Positions 23,828 to 34,824 of a DNA stretch of 36,941 bases are shown here, one piece after another (position 1 is the stretch's first letter; every line of letters begins with the position of its first letter). The DNA lies in NCBI GenBank assembly GCA_009602725.1, contig WELB01000002.1, positions 371,756 to 408,696 on the forward strand. Reading direction: 5' to 3'. The translations under genes were made by a program, and so were the position numbers. The notes beneath the pieces were generated by a model. The model saw only the letters and a list, made by a program, of their open reading frames with translations, had not been told where the DNA came from and did not search any database. Source of the stretch: Spirogloea muscicola (taxonomy: Eukaryota).

Positions 23828-25691
23828 AGCGGCTGCTGATATGGAAGAATCGGCTGTGAAATGCCAGCCAGATGCATACAGGTGTTTATGACGGAGCCAA
23901 AGGCTAGGCAGACAGGGCGCCCTCAATACCCCCGTGTCAGCAGTAGGAAGTCAGATGAGCTGAGGGGAGGAAGAGCAACCCCGCTGCGCAAGCCAGAGGC
24001 TGCTGCAAGGGCGCGACCAGCGCGGCGGTGCAAAGCAAGCGCTTGGGAGCGCTGCAGGGACATAGACAATCGCATACGGTAGCAGGACACCAGACCCAAA
24101 GGCACCGAGCCACCGGGAAGGGCAGCACCCTGCTCCCGGCGCCGCTGGTCAGCTTGAGGGCCAGCAGCGAAAGTAACGAGGACCACCGACCCCCGTAACA
24201 CCCATGGATGTCCATGGCCAGGGGGTAAAAGGTATCACCCGCCGGGTGGTCCTTGTACTTGTGCAGCTTCTTCCGTTCGGCTATCTTCACAGCGTAGCCG
24301 GTCTCAGAAGTAATGGGGCCCTTCGTCCGGAAGCTGTCGGTGAGGACAACGTCCATGAGGAGCCGCTTGCCACCTCCCAGGGGGACGCCGTCCAGATCGA
24401 CACGCCTCGTCCGAGGGACCCCATTGCGGAGGAGGATGGGCATCACCCCAGTGCTCTCCAACGCCACTTGATATCCCGCCTCCTTGACGATGCCATACAT
24501 GGCGTCTCGTAGGAGGTTGTGGGAGCCCGTGCGCTCACTGCCTTTGGCACACCTGAGCATGTGGTCACCCATGAGCAATGCATCATGCTCAATAAGCCCA
24601 CATTCACATTGGGTCACCCCTGCCAAGCACAGGGATGGCAAGCCAAGACGGCGGCACATAGCATCGCAAAATAAAGCATTCTCCATCCGCAAGCCCGCAT
24701 GCAAAGGCAAAGCGCGGAGCCACTCAGACGCTCCCAGAGACGAAACAGATAGGAGCCGAGCCTGGCCTCGAACATCTCCTTGGAGGAGACTCCGGAGATG
24801 CTCCAGTGGTTGCTCGTCTGCAGCACGGGTAAACCGCGATTGAGCCTTGACATCAGAAACGTCAGCCCAGGCAGCAAAACTAACAGGCTCATTTACCAGA
24901 GGCGGGTATGCGGCAAAGAGGTCCTGTTGGCATGCTTTGAGAGTCACTTGGAAAGGCAGACTCCCCTGAACCACGGTACTGATGTGAGGCGCCAACACAC
25001 GTTGTTGCCCAAGAAGGAATCGTCCAGATATGGACGAAGCCACCTGGGCCCAGCAGCCAAGGTACGCTGGTCTGCACAAGCGGACCAAGGGGCGACAACC
25101 AAGCCCACCGAGACGGATGGGCAGCGTACATTGCACCAGTGCTGCTGGGGACTGCTCTAGGAGTGGGTGAGCAATCATGTCAGCTAGGCATCGTTGGAGC
25201 TTGACATCTATGGATGCATAGACCTCATCCATGGTAACCGAAGGTGGGACCGCTCTTAAGAGGTAACACGGCCGCTGTGCCACACTCCTGGTCAAAATGG
25301 CCACTGCCAACTGAGAGTCCTCGAGGGTGGGGAGCTCTGGCAGGACCTGCATATATCCTTGGAGACGAGCAAGGACAGCACCCTCCGAGAAAGACGGGGT
25401 CCCCTACAGGCACTCCCAAGATCTTCAAACCGCCCTCTGGTGTCTGACAAGATGTAGGCAACGAGGGAAGGAGGGAAAGAGGGATGCCGTTGGGGGACCA
25501 GGCAGAGCACTTGGCAGTACTTATCCCAAGCCCGATGAGCTGGAGCTGGTGCTGAAGCGTGCCAAAAGCTCGCAGCACCTCCTCTGGGGGGCCGAGCAGC
25601 GTAGTTATCATCCGCGTAACTCGGGAGGAGAACGCCAGGGTGAGCGCTCGCCGTGTTGCGCAAAGCACGGTGATGCGCCAAGCAAAGAGAA
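23828..25691 (-). mobile_element. 5'-truncated CRE-like non-LTR retrotransposon (RT C-terminal half, zinc knuckle, restriction-like endonuclease), frameshifted, with GAGAA TSD
   Basis: YADD at 25607-25618, GLKILGVPVG, LPIRLGGLG, CECG...HMLRC, SHNLLRD, RVDL...LLMDV...AERKKLHKY...FYPLAMDIHG; stop at 23923-23925. GAGAA at 23823-23827 and 25692-25696; empty site at 9240 in copy 1. Clade assignment is from motif recognition only. Confidence 0.85.
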
Positions 25692-25970
25692 GAGAAGAGC
25701 GAAGGGCTGCCTGCCCTCCAGTGTCTTATGACCCCGGCCCGACCCGCAGGGAAATCGCGGGGAGGCTGAGCTGGTTGGCCAGCCCGGCAGATAAGCCGCT
25801 GGCCTGGCAGCCAGCGTGTGGGGCCCATGCCATCCACCCACTCCCAGGTCAGAAACCGTAGACCTCGTCTACCGCTGTCCGTGGTGAGCATTCCAAGGCG
25901 CTACCGCGCAGCTCCACACAAAACAGCTAGACCTAGACCATATGCAGCTAGCAGTCAAGAGTTTACCAAG

Positions 25971-26338
25971 AAAGAAAGGGCTCGCCCATTGAGGATAGGG
26001 GCTGGACAAGCCAGCCCAAAAAAGAATGAGCAGAGTACAAGAAGCCCAAGAAGAAGGGGGCCAGGCGAAGCACTAAGGCGAAGCACTAAGACAGAAGCAC
26101 ACAAGAAGAAACAAAGCAGCTACTAACTACTCAGTAACCCCTGCTAAGCAGTCGCAGGTCAGAGAGGCTATGTTCCTGGAAGGACGTCCCCTGGCCAGAG
26201 CCAGAGGCAGCAGCGAGGGCTCGGCCGGCACGTAGGTGCAGCGCACGGGCCATTGACCTCTGCAGCGAGACGGCCAGGCGCATGCGATACACCTGGGCGA
26301 GCGACCCGGCTGCAGGAAAGTCCACCGGCTCCCCATGG
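25971..26338 (-). mobile_element. 5'-truncated CRE-like insertion (about 368 bp) with short AAG TSD
   Basis: FPAAGSLAQVYRMRLAVSLQRSMARALHLRAGRA...SDLRLLSRGY* plus the 3' hairpin/tail; empty site at ~9722 in copy 1. Confidence 0.8.
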
Positions 26339-26623
26339 AAGGACACTCTTTCCAACAGCTGGAGCACGGCCAGCACGCAGGTGCAAGGCGTGGACCATGG
26401 ACCGCTGGGGGGATACGGACAGGCGCATACGAAGTACCTGCGCTAGCGAATCCAGAGAGACGCTGGGGCGCGCATGCTGCCTCGCTGACTGGAAAACTGC
26501 TGTGGGGTTTGAGAAGCTGTCGGCTATTGCGGGCGGAGGTGTGGGCGAGGCGAGGGCTGTTGCAGGCCAGGACGATGGTCAGAGCCGCGGCAGTGGGGCC
26601 CGTCGAGGCGCCCCCGCAGGAGA

Positions 26624-26646
26624 TGCACTGCACTGCACTGCACTGG
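26624..26646. repeat. (TGCAC)n microsatellite at the end of the duplicated segment
   Basis: TGCACTGCACTGCACTGCACTG. Confidence 0.7.
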
Positions 26647-27105
26647 CACATGTTGCTACTGGGACGCCCATGGGCTTACTGCCAAGCCTAGACGGCTGGC
26701 TATCCTCTTTAGTCAAACCTCGGCCTCACTCCCACTTTCTCTCCTGCTCCCTCTGGCAACTTCCCTTCACTTTCTGTCACCTCCTTTCGCTTTACGCTCG
26801 CTAACAACAATGTCTTTTCTGCCTCTGCCTCTCTTCGGTCAGTGACCGACTCGCTCGACTTCTCTGTGCATCACATTCTCTGCTTCTTTCTATCGTGCTA
26901 CTCACTGTCAGCAGGGCAAACAAAGCCAGGGAGCCATGCACATGGACCCTTGTACCCCTTATCAACAATTGCACTGACTGCAGCACCAAATTTATGCTGT
27001 CATGGCGTCTCATATAAGTCATCATTGTTGCAAGGTATTCAGCTTAGGAGAATTAATAAGAAAAAGGAAGGACTGTACTGGGTGGCCATGTGTCTCTCTG
27101 AATGG

Positions 27106-30100
27106 TCAGCTCAGCACCTTAGGAATCTCCAAACCAGCACACAATGCTTGGAAAACTTGGAGCATTTTAACAATGTCAATAAGTGGTGGCCTTTGACCTG
27201 GAGTATTGAAGCAGCAGAATCGCCCTGCGTTTAAGGCTCCATTCATCTTGTCAATGTTCTGAAGAACAAATGGAGCAAGCACCATATCGATGCACTCCAA
27301 AGGCTTCTGATTGTGAAGGCATGATCGCACCCAATCAATCAAGGTGCCACCAGTTGCAGTTCAGATTGACAGAACAGATCAGCAGGGTGCTTGCCGGTGA
27401 CCGTCTCCAGAATCGTGACTCCAAAATTGAAGCATCGGTGCGCTCAGTCATTTGGCCCTAGAGCGCAATCTGGAGCCAGACAGCCATTTGTGCCTGCGAA
27501 TATGTAGCAATCATGGATTGCAATCAAGAGTTGCAGAAAGCCTGACTCCTCTCTATGCGAGGCCATAATGAGATGCCACAACCAGCCTTGCCAGTAACAT
27601 GCAGTGAGCAACTCGTCCGTCTTGCATGATGCCAGGAGGCCAATGATAAAGCACAAATGCCATTGGAGTTCATGAAGAAGTCACCTGCAGCCCTAGTTGA
27701 CACGTGACTGTCTTGCAAACCTCGTGCAAGCCCAAAATTCCGCCACATAACCTTGACCTTGCTCATCAGAAAAGATATTGCTCGGCGTGATGTCCACATG
27801 CACAACCCGAGTACTTGCACTCATGGTGCAAGTACTTGAGCCCAACGGCCGAACCCAGAATGGACTTACATCGGGCAGACCAGTGGTCACATTCATCTGA
27901 ATCAGATGGTACGCCCTTTCCTCCGTGCACAAAATGGTCACGATTCCCGCCAGGCAAGATAGGATAGACGAGCAGGATGTCCACGTCGCTGTCTTGGGGG
28001 ATGCACCAGGCTCGTAGCGGAACCAGATCGCGATGATTGATGCAACTCAGCGTCTCCACCAAAGCTTGTACCTCTCTCATTCCTTGCGTGCTATCTGGTG
28101 CTGGCCTCTTCACTGAATATAGTTTGCCATCATTCATCTCAGCATCTTCATTTGAGTGGCCTGTAGAGTTGTGCCATCGGACATGAATGAGATTGGGACA
28201 ACAAGCACAAAGAAGAAACACCAAGGAAGAAGGGCGAATTACCAGCTGAAAGCAGGGCTGGCATATGCATGGCTACTGTGTTTCTATCGTTTACGTACCT
28301 ATGGACTTACCCAGAGCCGCCCATACTAATAATGTGGTTGTCGTTGGAATTCTCAGTTGCATCCATGAGCTCCTCAAAGGTGAAGGCACCTTGGAGTCTG
28401 TCCTCAGTGATGGACATCTTGGAGCAGGAAGTTTCCAAGCTCCGCTCCTTGCCTGTCATAGTCTTGTCCTGCCTCCAAGCTAGTTACAACAAAAGGGAAG
28501 GCATAACTGCACCAAGCCAACAAGGAAAAGAACTTCCAGAATGAAAATGAAGGCAGTTTGCCAGCCATTCAAGATTGGCGACTCGTGCTTTGGAGGTGAC
28601 TTGCAGGCCAGATAAGGGCCGCCACACAATGCTGCATTGCCAGCAAAGGAGCTGCTGTTGTATTGACCAACAGAACCACCAGGAATAGGCCCACTGAGGT
28701 TGTTGTTGGAGACATTAAAGAAGAGATCGAGATCTAAATCTGCAAAGGACGCCGGGATGCTGCCATTGAGATCATTGTTGGAAAGGTCGAGATAGGTGAG
28801 ACTCCTCAATCTGCCAATACGCTCCGGTATGGGCCCGCTGAATAAATTGTTTGCAGCCGAAAATTCTCTCAGCTTGGCCAAGTCTCCAATTTCCACAGGG
28901 AGACTGCCTGTCAGGTGGTTGTTGGAGATGTCAAGTTCTTGGACTCTCTGCAAATAATTGATGGTTTCAGGTATTCCTCCAGTCAGATTGTTGTGACCTA
29001 GGAAGATAGTCAATGCAGACCACAGATTGCCAAGCCACTCTGGAAATGGGCCAGATGATTGATTGCTGTCCATCATCAGCACTTGCATACTTCCCAGATT
29101 GTTAAATGTTGATGGAATCGGTCCAGAGAGGTTGTTGCCAGTGAGCAAGAGTTGGCTGAGCCGTTTCAGTTGTCCCAATTGGGGCGGCAGGTGGCCCCTT
29201 AATCTGCCAAAGCTTGTAAGTCAGCCACTAATTGACCATGCCAGCTGCAATTTGTTTACATATTATGCATCTTGTGACGTGGGAAATCAGGCAACTAAAT
29301 GGGTGCACTGTGTTCGCATCAAAGCTCAGAGCCTGTTGTAGGTCCAGATTGAACATGCGGCTGCAATTGGCAAGCTCTGGTGGCACTCCGCCCTCCAGTC
29401 TGACACCAAGTGAGCAGTTTCCAGGGGTGTGACTGATTCGACTGCCAATTCGACTTCACTCAATAGCACGTACGAACGAGCAGAGAGAGCATCTGGTTGG
29501 CCTTACGCTGCAGGGGTGACGCAATAGTCTACGATACAGACGTCTATAGTCACATGCTGTATGTCGATCGGCCCTGAGACTTCAGCTTGCAATCACCTGT
29601 TGTTGCTTGCCTTGAAGCTGAAGAGTATTGGCAGCTGTCCAAGCTCATGCGGAACTCCTCCACTTAAGCTGCGAGAAGCAAGATGCCTATTTCATAGGCA
29701 TAAGCTGTGTGGTGATGTCTTGGCCACGATGTGGACAGGCAAAAGACCTGGAGTCTTGGCCTAGAGCAGTCACCAGCTAGAGCTACATGCACATGCCTTG
29801 AGTTGAGAAGGTGGACTCTTGCTGATCAGCCAAGCAATGAACATGGGCCACAGGGAAGCCCTCACAAGTTACAGCTCAGGCCCAGAAGTTTGAGGTTTGC
29901 ACATTTGCTTAAATCCTTCGGAATTCGGCCTGATAGTCTTTGAATGGAAGAGGAGCAAGGACTGTGTCAAACAATGTAGTGGCTGCTCATCAAAGAATCT
30001 GTATGCCTCCCTAATATTGCAGGTAGCATGAATTCAATCATGTCCAAGATCCAATGGCTCAATGCCGTCAATCAAGGGGGTGAAGATGCCCACTTATTTA

Positions 30101-32078
30101 GTTGCAAGAGGAGGTGTGTCAATCTGACCAAGTTGCCATAAGATGGAGGGATCGCCCCCGTGAGATTGTGAAAGAGGAAGAGGACCTGTAAGTAGCTTCC
30201 TCACAGGTCTCCTTGGCACAAGCACAATGAATAGGTCATACAAGACATCACTCTAGCAGAGCCTCAGAGATTGTGACAAAGCTTTACTACTGTAGGCTTA
30301 AACAGTGTGTAACTATACGTCTTTCACATCAGAAAAAAAGTTCTTTCACATAGCTAATAGTACTTTTGCGTCCGCAACAGGTGGTCACAAGGATTCTGAT
30401 AGCTGGTCGTACGATTATCGTGAAGAGTAACTTTTGAATCCCAGTGTCTCAGGCTGATGAGGCAGTACCTGTTGTTCCGAAGGTCAAGGACGCCAAGTGC
30501 CTTGCAGTGGCTGAGCTCTGGTGGGAGGCTGCCTATGAATCTGTACAAGGGACCATGCAAAGACATAGCCGCTTTAGGTGAATGCCTGAGGTTTCTGTGC
30601 ATCCATGGTACCTCATTTCATGCCTAGCAATCTATTACAAGGAACTGATCCAAGGGTCTCGACTGTATGCTGTTTGCACTGTGGCTTATCGCAGTTGACA
30701 GCATCTTTAGCAGCTCAATGCACGGCCATGCTCACGCGAGGCTTCAGAGGCATATTGAGCTTGTTGAGCTTGCTCAGATTGATATACATGCAGAGCAAGC
30801 TGGCTTTGTCAGGGCGGACAGTTTACAGCATTTAGAGTGAGTGCAGGTAAGGTGAGTACGTGTTGTTGTAGAGATAGAGGCCCTGGAGGGCGGAGAGTCT
30901 CCCGAGCTCCTCTGGGATGGGACCCGACAACCTGCCACGTACAAGACGATTCACTGATATGTTGCACTTGAAGTTGCAGCTTCGTGATGAAGAGTGCAAT
31001 TATGACTGCTGCCGCCTCATCAGCTGAGCGAAGAGACCTGGAAAGTTGAGGCGCTTTCTGAAGAGGCATGTGCATATCGTGTGCATGCAGGCCCCCCAGG
31101 AGAATGTCGTGAGGACATTGCAGAAAATTACTGTTGCCTTAGCATTGACTGAGATAACTGACAAGCAAACTGAGGCATGGTGACCTGTTGCTACCAAGGA
31201 GGAGGGTATGAAGATTAGTGATGTTGCCCAGCTCCATGGGGATGGGGCCTGAGAGCAGATTGTCATTTTATGCTATGTAGAGCAGGCTGCTGATCTTGCC
31301 GAGCTCCGCAGCCAGCACGCCCTCCAGCAGAGTCCCGGACACATTGAGCCCTACCACTTGCCTGCAAGCAGTAAGCAGCAAGTGACGAAGGAGGAAGCTG
31401 AGCTTCAGCCATCCTGGACCCCGACCCCGCGCCGCGCCTCCCAGGAGCTCGCTAGAATGCTGCTGGTCAAGTGGGCCTCCGCCGAGCTGCTGCAGGCAGC
31501 CACTGTCCCAGCGAGAGGCTGCCGAGGAGGCCAAGTCTGGAGAGCTACGGCCTCGATACTGGCTGCCGCTTCGGACGCCAATGCTTGCGCTGGCTTTGTG
31601 ACGCGCTGCAGCAGCCGGCTAGCGCAAGGCCAGGCTCGGCACGAAGCTCTTGCCTGGGGCCTCCAGGCGCCGTGGCGCTGCACTCGATGCCGAACCAGCC
31701 GCACGCTGTGGGATCGGCAGAGCGCCAGTTGGTGAGCGCGCCAAAGGGATCGTTAGTGATGCCGGCCTTGAAGGCCAGCAGCGCCACCTTGTCGGAGCTG
31801 CGTGCCAGAACAAGATCGCCGTTAGCAGGCGAGGGCGGCCATTTGGGCGCCAAGCATCGTGAGCTGAAGTGCGTGCCACCGGAGGAGCCCAGTGGCGAAA
31901 TTGCATCGGAAACGAAAGAGGATTGGCAGGCGAAATCTGCTCGCGGCTCAGGACTGAGAGTGCAGTGGTGGGCAGCTGCTCACGCGAGGTCACCGGCGGC
32001 GGAGCCGACGACGCAACTGAGCAGCGCGACGGCGGCGAGCGCTGCGGCCGCGGCGCCACCTGCGGCGGCGGCTGCCAT
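27106..32078 (-). pseudogene. LRR receptor-like kinase copy C, a shorter pseudogene convergent with B
   Basis: Exons 32078-31984, 31797-31654, 31361-31185 (in-frame TAA at 31268-31270), 30931-30860, 30540-30469, 30165-30094 (acceptor AG>AA), 29937-29866, 29668-29597, 29399-29333 (67 nt, frameshift), 29203-~28300 (stop at 28480 after the TM), then a decayed kinase (HVDITPSN, frameshifts) ending at 27106. Confidence 0.88.
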
Positions 32079-32442
32079 GCCTGACGGGGCGGGCCGTGCT
32101 GGTCACAGGCGAAAGATGGAGTGTGTGTCGAGTGGCTATGGAGGGCCTCAGTGGGCCAAGTACAGAGGCAAGATGCGAGGCAGAGGCTCCGGCGGCGGCT
32201 CGCCGAGGCGGGCCGCGAGAGCCACTCCCAGGCGGCGACGGTGGCGCTCGGGTTGTGGAGGAGTGGGGAAGAAGTACATCACGAAGTCGCGGGTAAGTTG
32301 GAGAGAATTCAAGAGAGGACGAGGCACCGTGCAGAGCCGGAGGGCAGCCGCGGCGGGCAGCTCGGTGGGAGAGACCACGAGGGAAGTTATTGCCTTTCCC
32401 AGCCACCAGTCAATCTGGCCGCGCTTTCTCTCTATTGCTCGC

Positions 32443-33130
32443 TCATAGAGAAGAGGGGCTGGCTTTGCCAGCCCAGAAAGAATGGACATAATTCAAAGAG
32501 CCAGAAAAGGTGCCGAAAAGGAAAGCTACGAGCTAGACACGAAAGGACGCAAAAAGAGCAAGCAAGGCCAAGTTTACCGGTGGCTGAGAGAGGCCAGCTC
32601 AAAGGAATGGACAAAGGAAGCTCAGTACACACGGGTGAGCAGCAGCAAGTCCGAGTAACCCGCAGCTGGGACAGAGGCACTTCGCCTAGACCCAGAAGCA
32701 GCAGCCATAGCGCGGCCTGCTCGCGTGTGGACGGCGCGAGCAATGCGTGTGTATTAAGAGATGGGGAGGCCATGCGAGCCAGGGAGCGCTGGAACGAGAC
32801 CGCCAGCCGCATGCAGAAGACCTCCGCCGCCGAGCCGGCAGCGTTGAAGTCGGGCACCTCCATTCCTCCATTTGGGCTGGCCTCTCGCAGCCACCAGTCA
32901 ATCTGGCCGCGCTTTTTTTCTCCCCTGGCTGACCCAGTCGCCGGTCGATGGCCTGCCGAGTAAGCCGCTGGAGGAGATCCAGCCAGCGACTGCCGAAAGC
33001 CCCGTGTACCTCAATCGTCAGTGCCGCGAATTCATCACAAGCAGGGTGGTCAGCGTACTTGCGCTTCTTGCCCCGGGCCGCCAGGCCGACCGCGTGCCCT
33101 GCGGTCGATGTCGATCTGTGGAGGGCCGGG
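32443..33130 (-). mobile_element. Decayed CRE-like 3' fragment, interrupted by a short plus-strand tail at ~32870-32920
   Basis: GHAVGLAARGKKRKYADHPACDEFAALTIEVHG (~33000-33100), FNAAGSAAEVFCMRLAVSFQRSLA, and the 3' hairpin at ~32455-32476. Confidence 0.75.
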
Positions 33131-33770
33131 GCCGCAGTCTATCGTCGGCCCAGTCTCTCGCTCTGACTGATTGCCGACCTTGTGCGGCTGCCGCTGCGCT
33201 GCCGCTGTCTGCTACTGCTGCCGCTGCCTTGTCAGTAGGCGTCGAACGGAGCATAGCGGGCCCTGCAAAGAGAGCAAGGGCGTACACACCTGGCGGACCA
33301 GTCGCTCAAGAGCCTACACCGCGGGACTCTGCAGCCAGTCGCAGAAGCCTGGGACGCACTTGGCAAGCCGCGAAGATTCATGACCTCGTGTGTTATAGTC
33401 CAGTTATCGACCCATGTCTTGAGCTGCTTAAAGGCTGTCGCATACAGTCGTTTTGGCAACACCTTGCTTGCCTGCAAGATTGTATCGATTGCATCTTGTA
33501 AGTGGCACTGCGGAGTCTTTCTTTGATTGGATCGAGCGACGTAGATAGCTGGGCTTGGCCCTAATCTCAACTTCTAGCTGGGCTTGGCCCCGACCCTCAG
33601 TAGATAGCTGAGCTTAGACCACAAATAAGTCACAGGACTGTTGGGCTGTCCCATCAAGATCCAAGATCGTTCCTTGGTGCTGGACTCCTCTCAGAGAGCG
33701 CTCTGACCTCCTTTGCTTTGTACTCCAGTTACTGCATTGTCTTGAGTAAGTTGTGCATCCTGCTTGTCCA

Positions 33771-34546
33771 TGTCACGTTCGGACCTAAACAGGCAGGTTA
33801 GAGCCGAATGTGTCCTTATTGGATTGAGTGCTTGGGGCTATAGGGACGACCACCCGCCACGAGGAAGCACTCCAACACAGCGGAAGACTTGCCCTGTGGT
33901 GCTGCCGCTAAGCAGCAGCTCCACCCATGGGCACCCGCTGCAGACTTGCCTCCCGCGGGACGCCGCCAAGGTCTCCACAGCAGAGCCGGCAACGAGCCGC
34001 GCGCGGCAGCGGTCTGCAGCAGCAGGCAGCCGCTAGGCTGCGCCTCTCTCAGAGCGTCACTAAGTCCCCGGCCGGAGGTCGGGTCTCTCTCTGCTCGTGC
34101 AATAGCCAGTAAGTGCTTCTCCGTGCCATCCTCCCTCCAGGTTGTATGGGGGTCGCCCCAAGGCTCGCCCGCGAGGAGCGGGCCTGACGAGGGAACCATG
34201 AGCTGTCTCCAGCAGGCGCCATGGCGCCGAGCATGGCCGCGGCAGATCATGCCGCCAGGCATGGCCGAGGCCGGGCATAGCCGAGTATGGCCGCGGCCTA
34301 ACATGCCGCCGGGGGCGTCCGGGCCCACACATGCCGCCGAGCATGTCTGACTGGGCATGAGCCCATCGATGGGCGAGCACTTCTTCTGCATGACGGGAGC
34401 ATACCAGGCCACCCGGACGAACCCTGGACGGAACGATACGGCACGAGTGCCCGGGCGGGTCGTACTGTCGACCAGTACGAACGGTCAAACGAACAGCACG
34501 TCAGCGTTAACGACACCGTTAGGCGCTCAAACCGGGGAACGCTACG
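33771..34546 (-). mobile_element. Solo LTR of the Gypsy family at 13557-14263, with 5-bp TSD GTCCA
   Basis: Inverted homolog of 13557-14263; termini TGTCACGTTC...GAACGCTACG; GTCCA at 33766-33770 and 34547-34551. Confidence 0.9.
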
Positions 34547-34824
34547 GTCCACCTGATACGATGACATTATTAAGTCCATCGCGAACAAGTTCTTGCAGGG
34601 CAACTTATCACATGTGAATGATGCTTGTTATAAATTTGTGCAAATTAGCCTCCTGATTCTTGCTTCTCACGTTCACCCTTGTTTGATCTCGCTTTGCCAA
34701 CCACGTGAGCTGCGACGCATCCCCCCGATTCACGTACCGAATTGATACATCGACGTCGCGTGGCAGCCGTCACCCAGTGGCATGACGACGATTTGACGGG
34801 ATTTTGCGGCAAGGCCGGCGCCGC

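Larger units (their letters stand above)
14527..26620 (+). repeat. Tandem segmental duplication, copy 2 (gene B plus flanks, with two later insertions)
   Basis: Colinear with 324-10001 once the insertions 23828-25691 and 25971-26338 are removed. Confidence 0.92.

Noticed and set aside
32400..32920. 28-bp direct repeat CAGCCACCAGTCAATCTGGCCGCGCTTT as a TSD
   Set aside because: The second copy is preceded by TTTGGGCTGGC, so both look like 3' tails of another family, and the CRE-like coding remnant continues beyond it.
33232..33570. 112-aa minus-strand ORF with protein-like composition
   Set aside because: No recognisable motif or gene structure; it cannot be supported without a database search.
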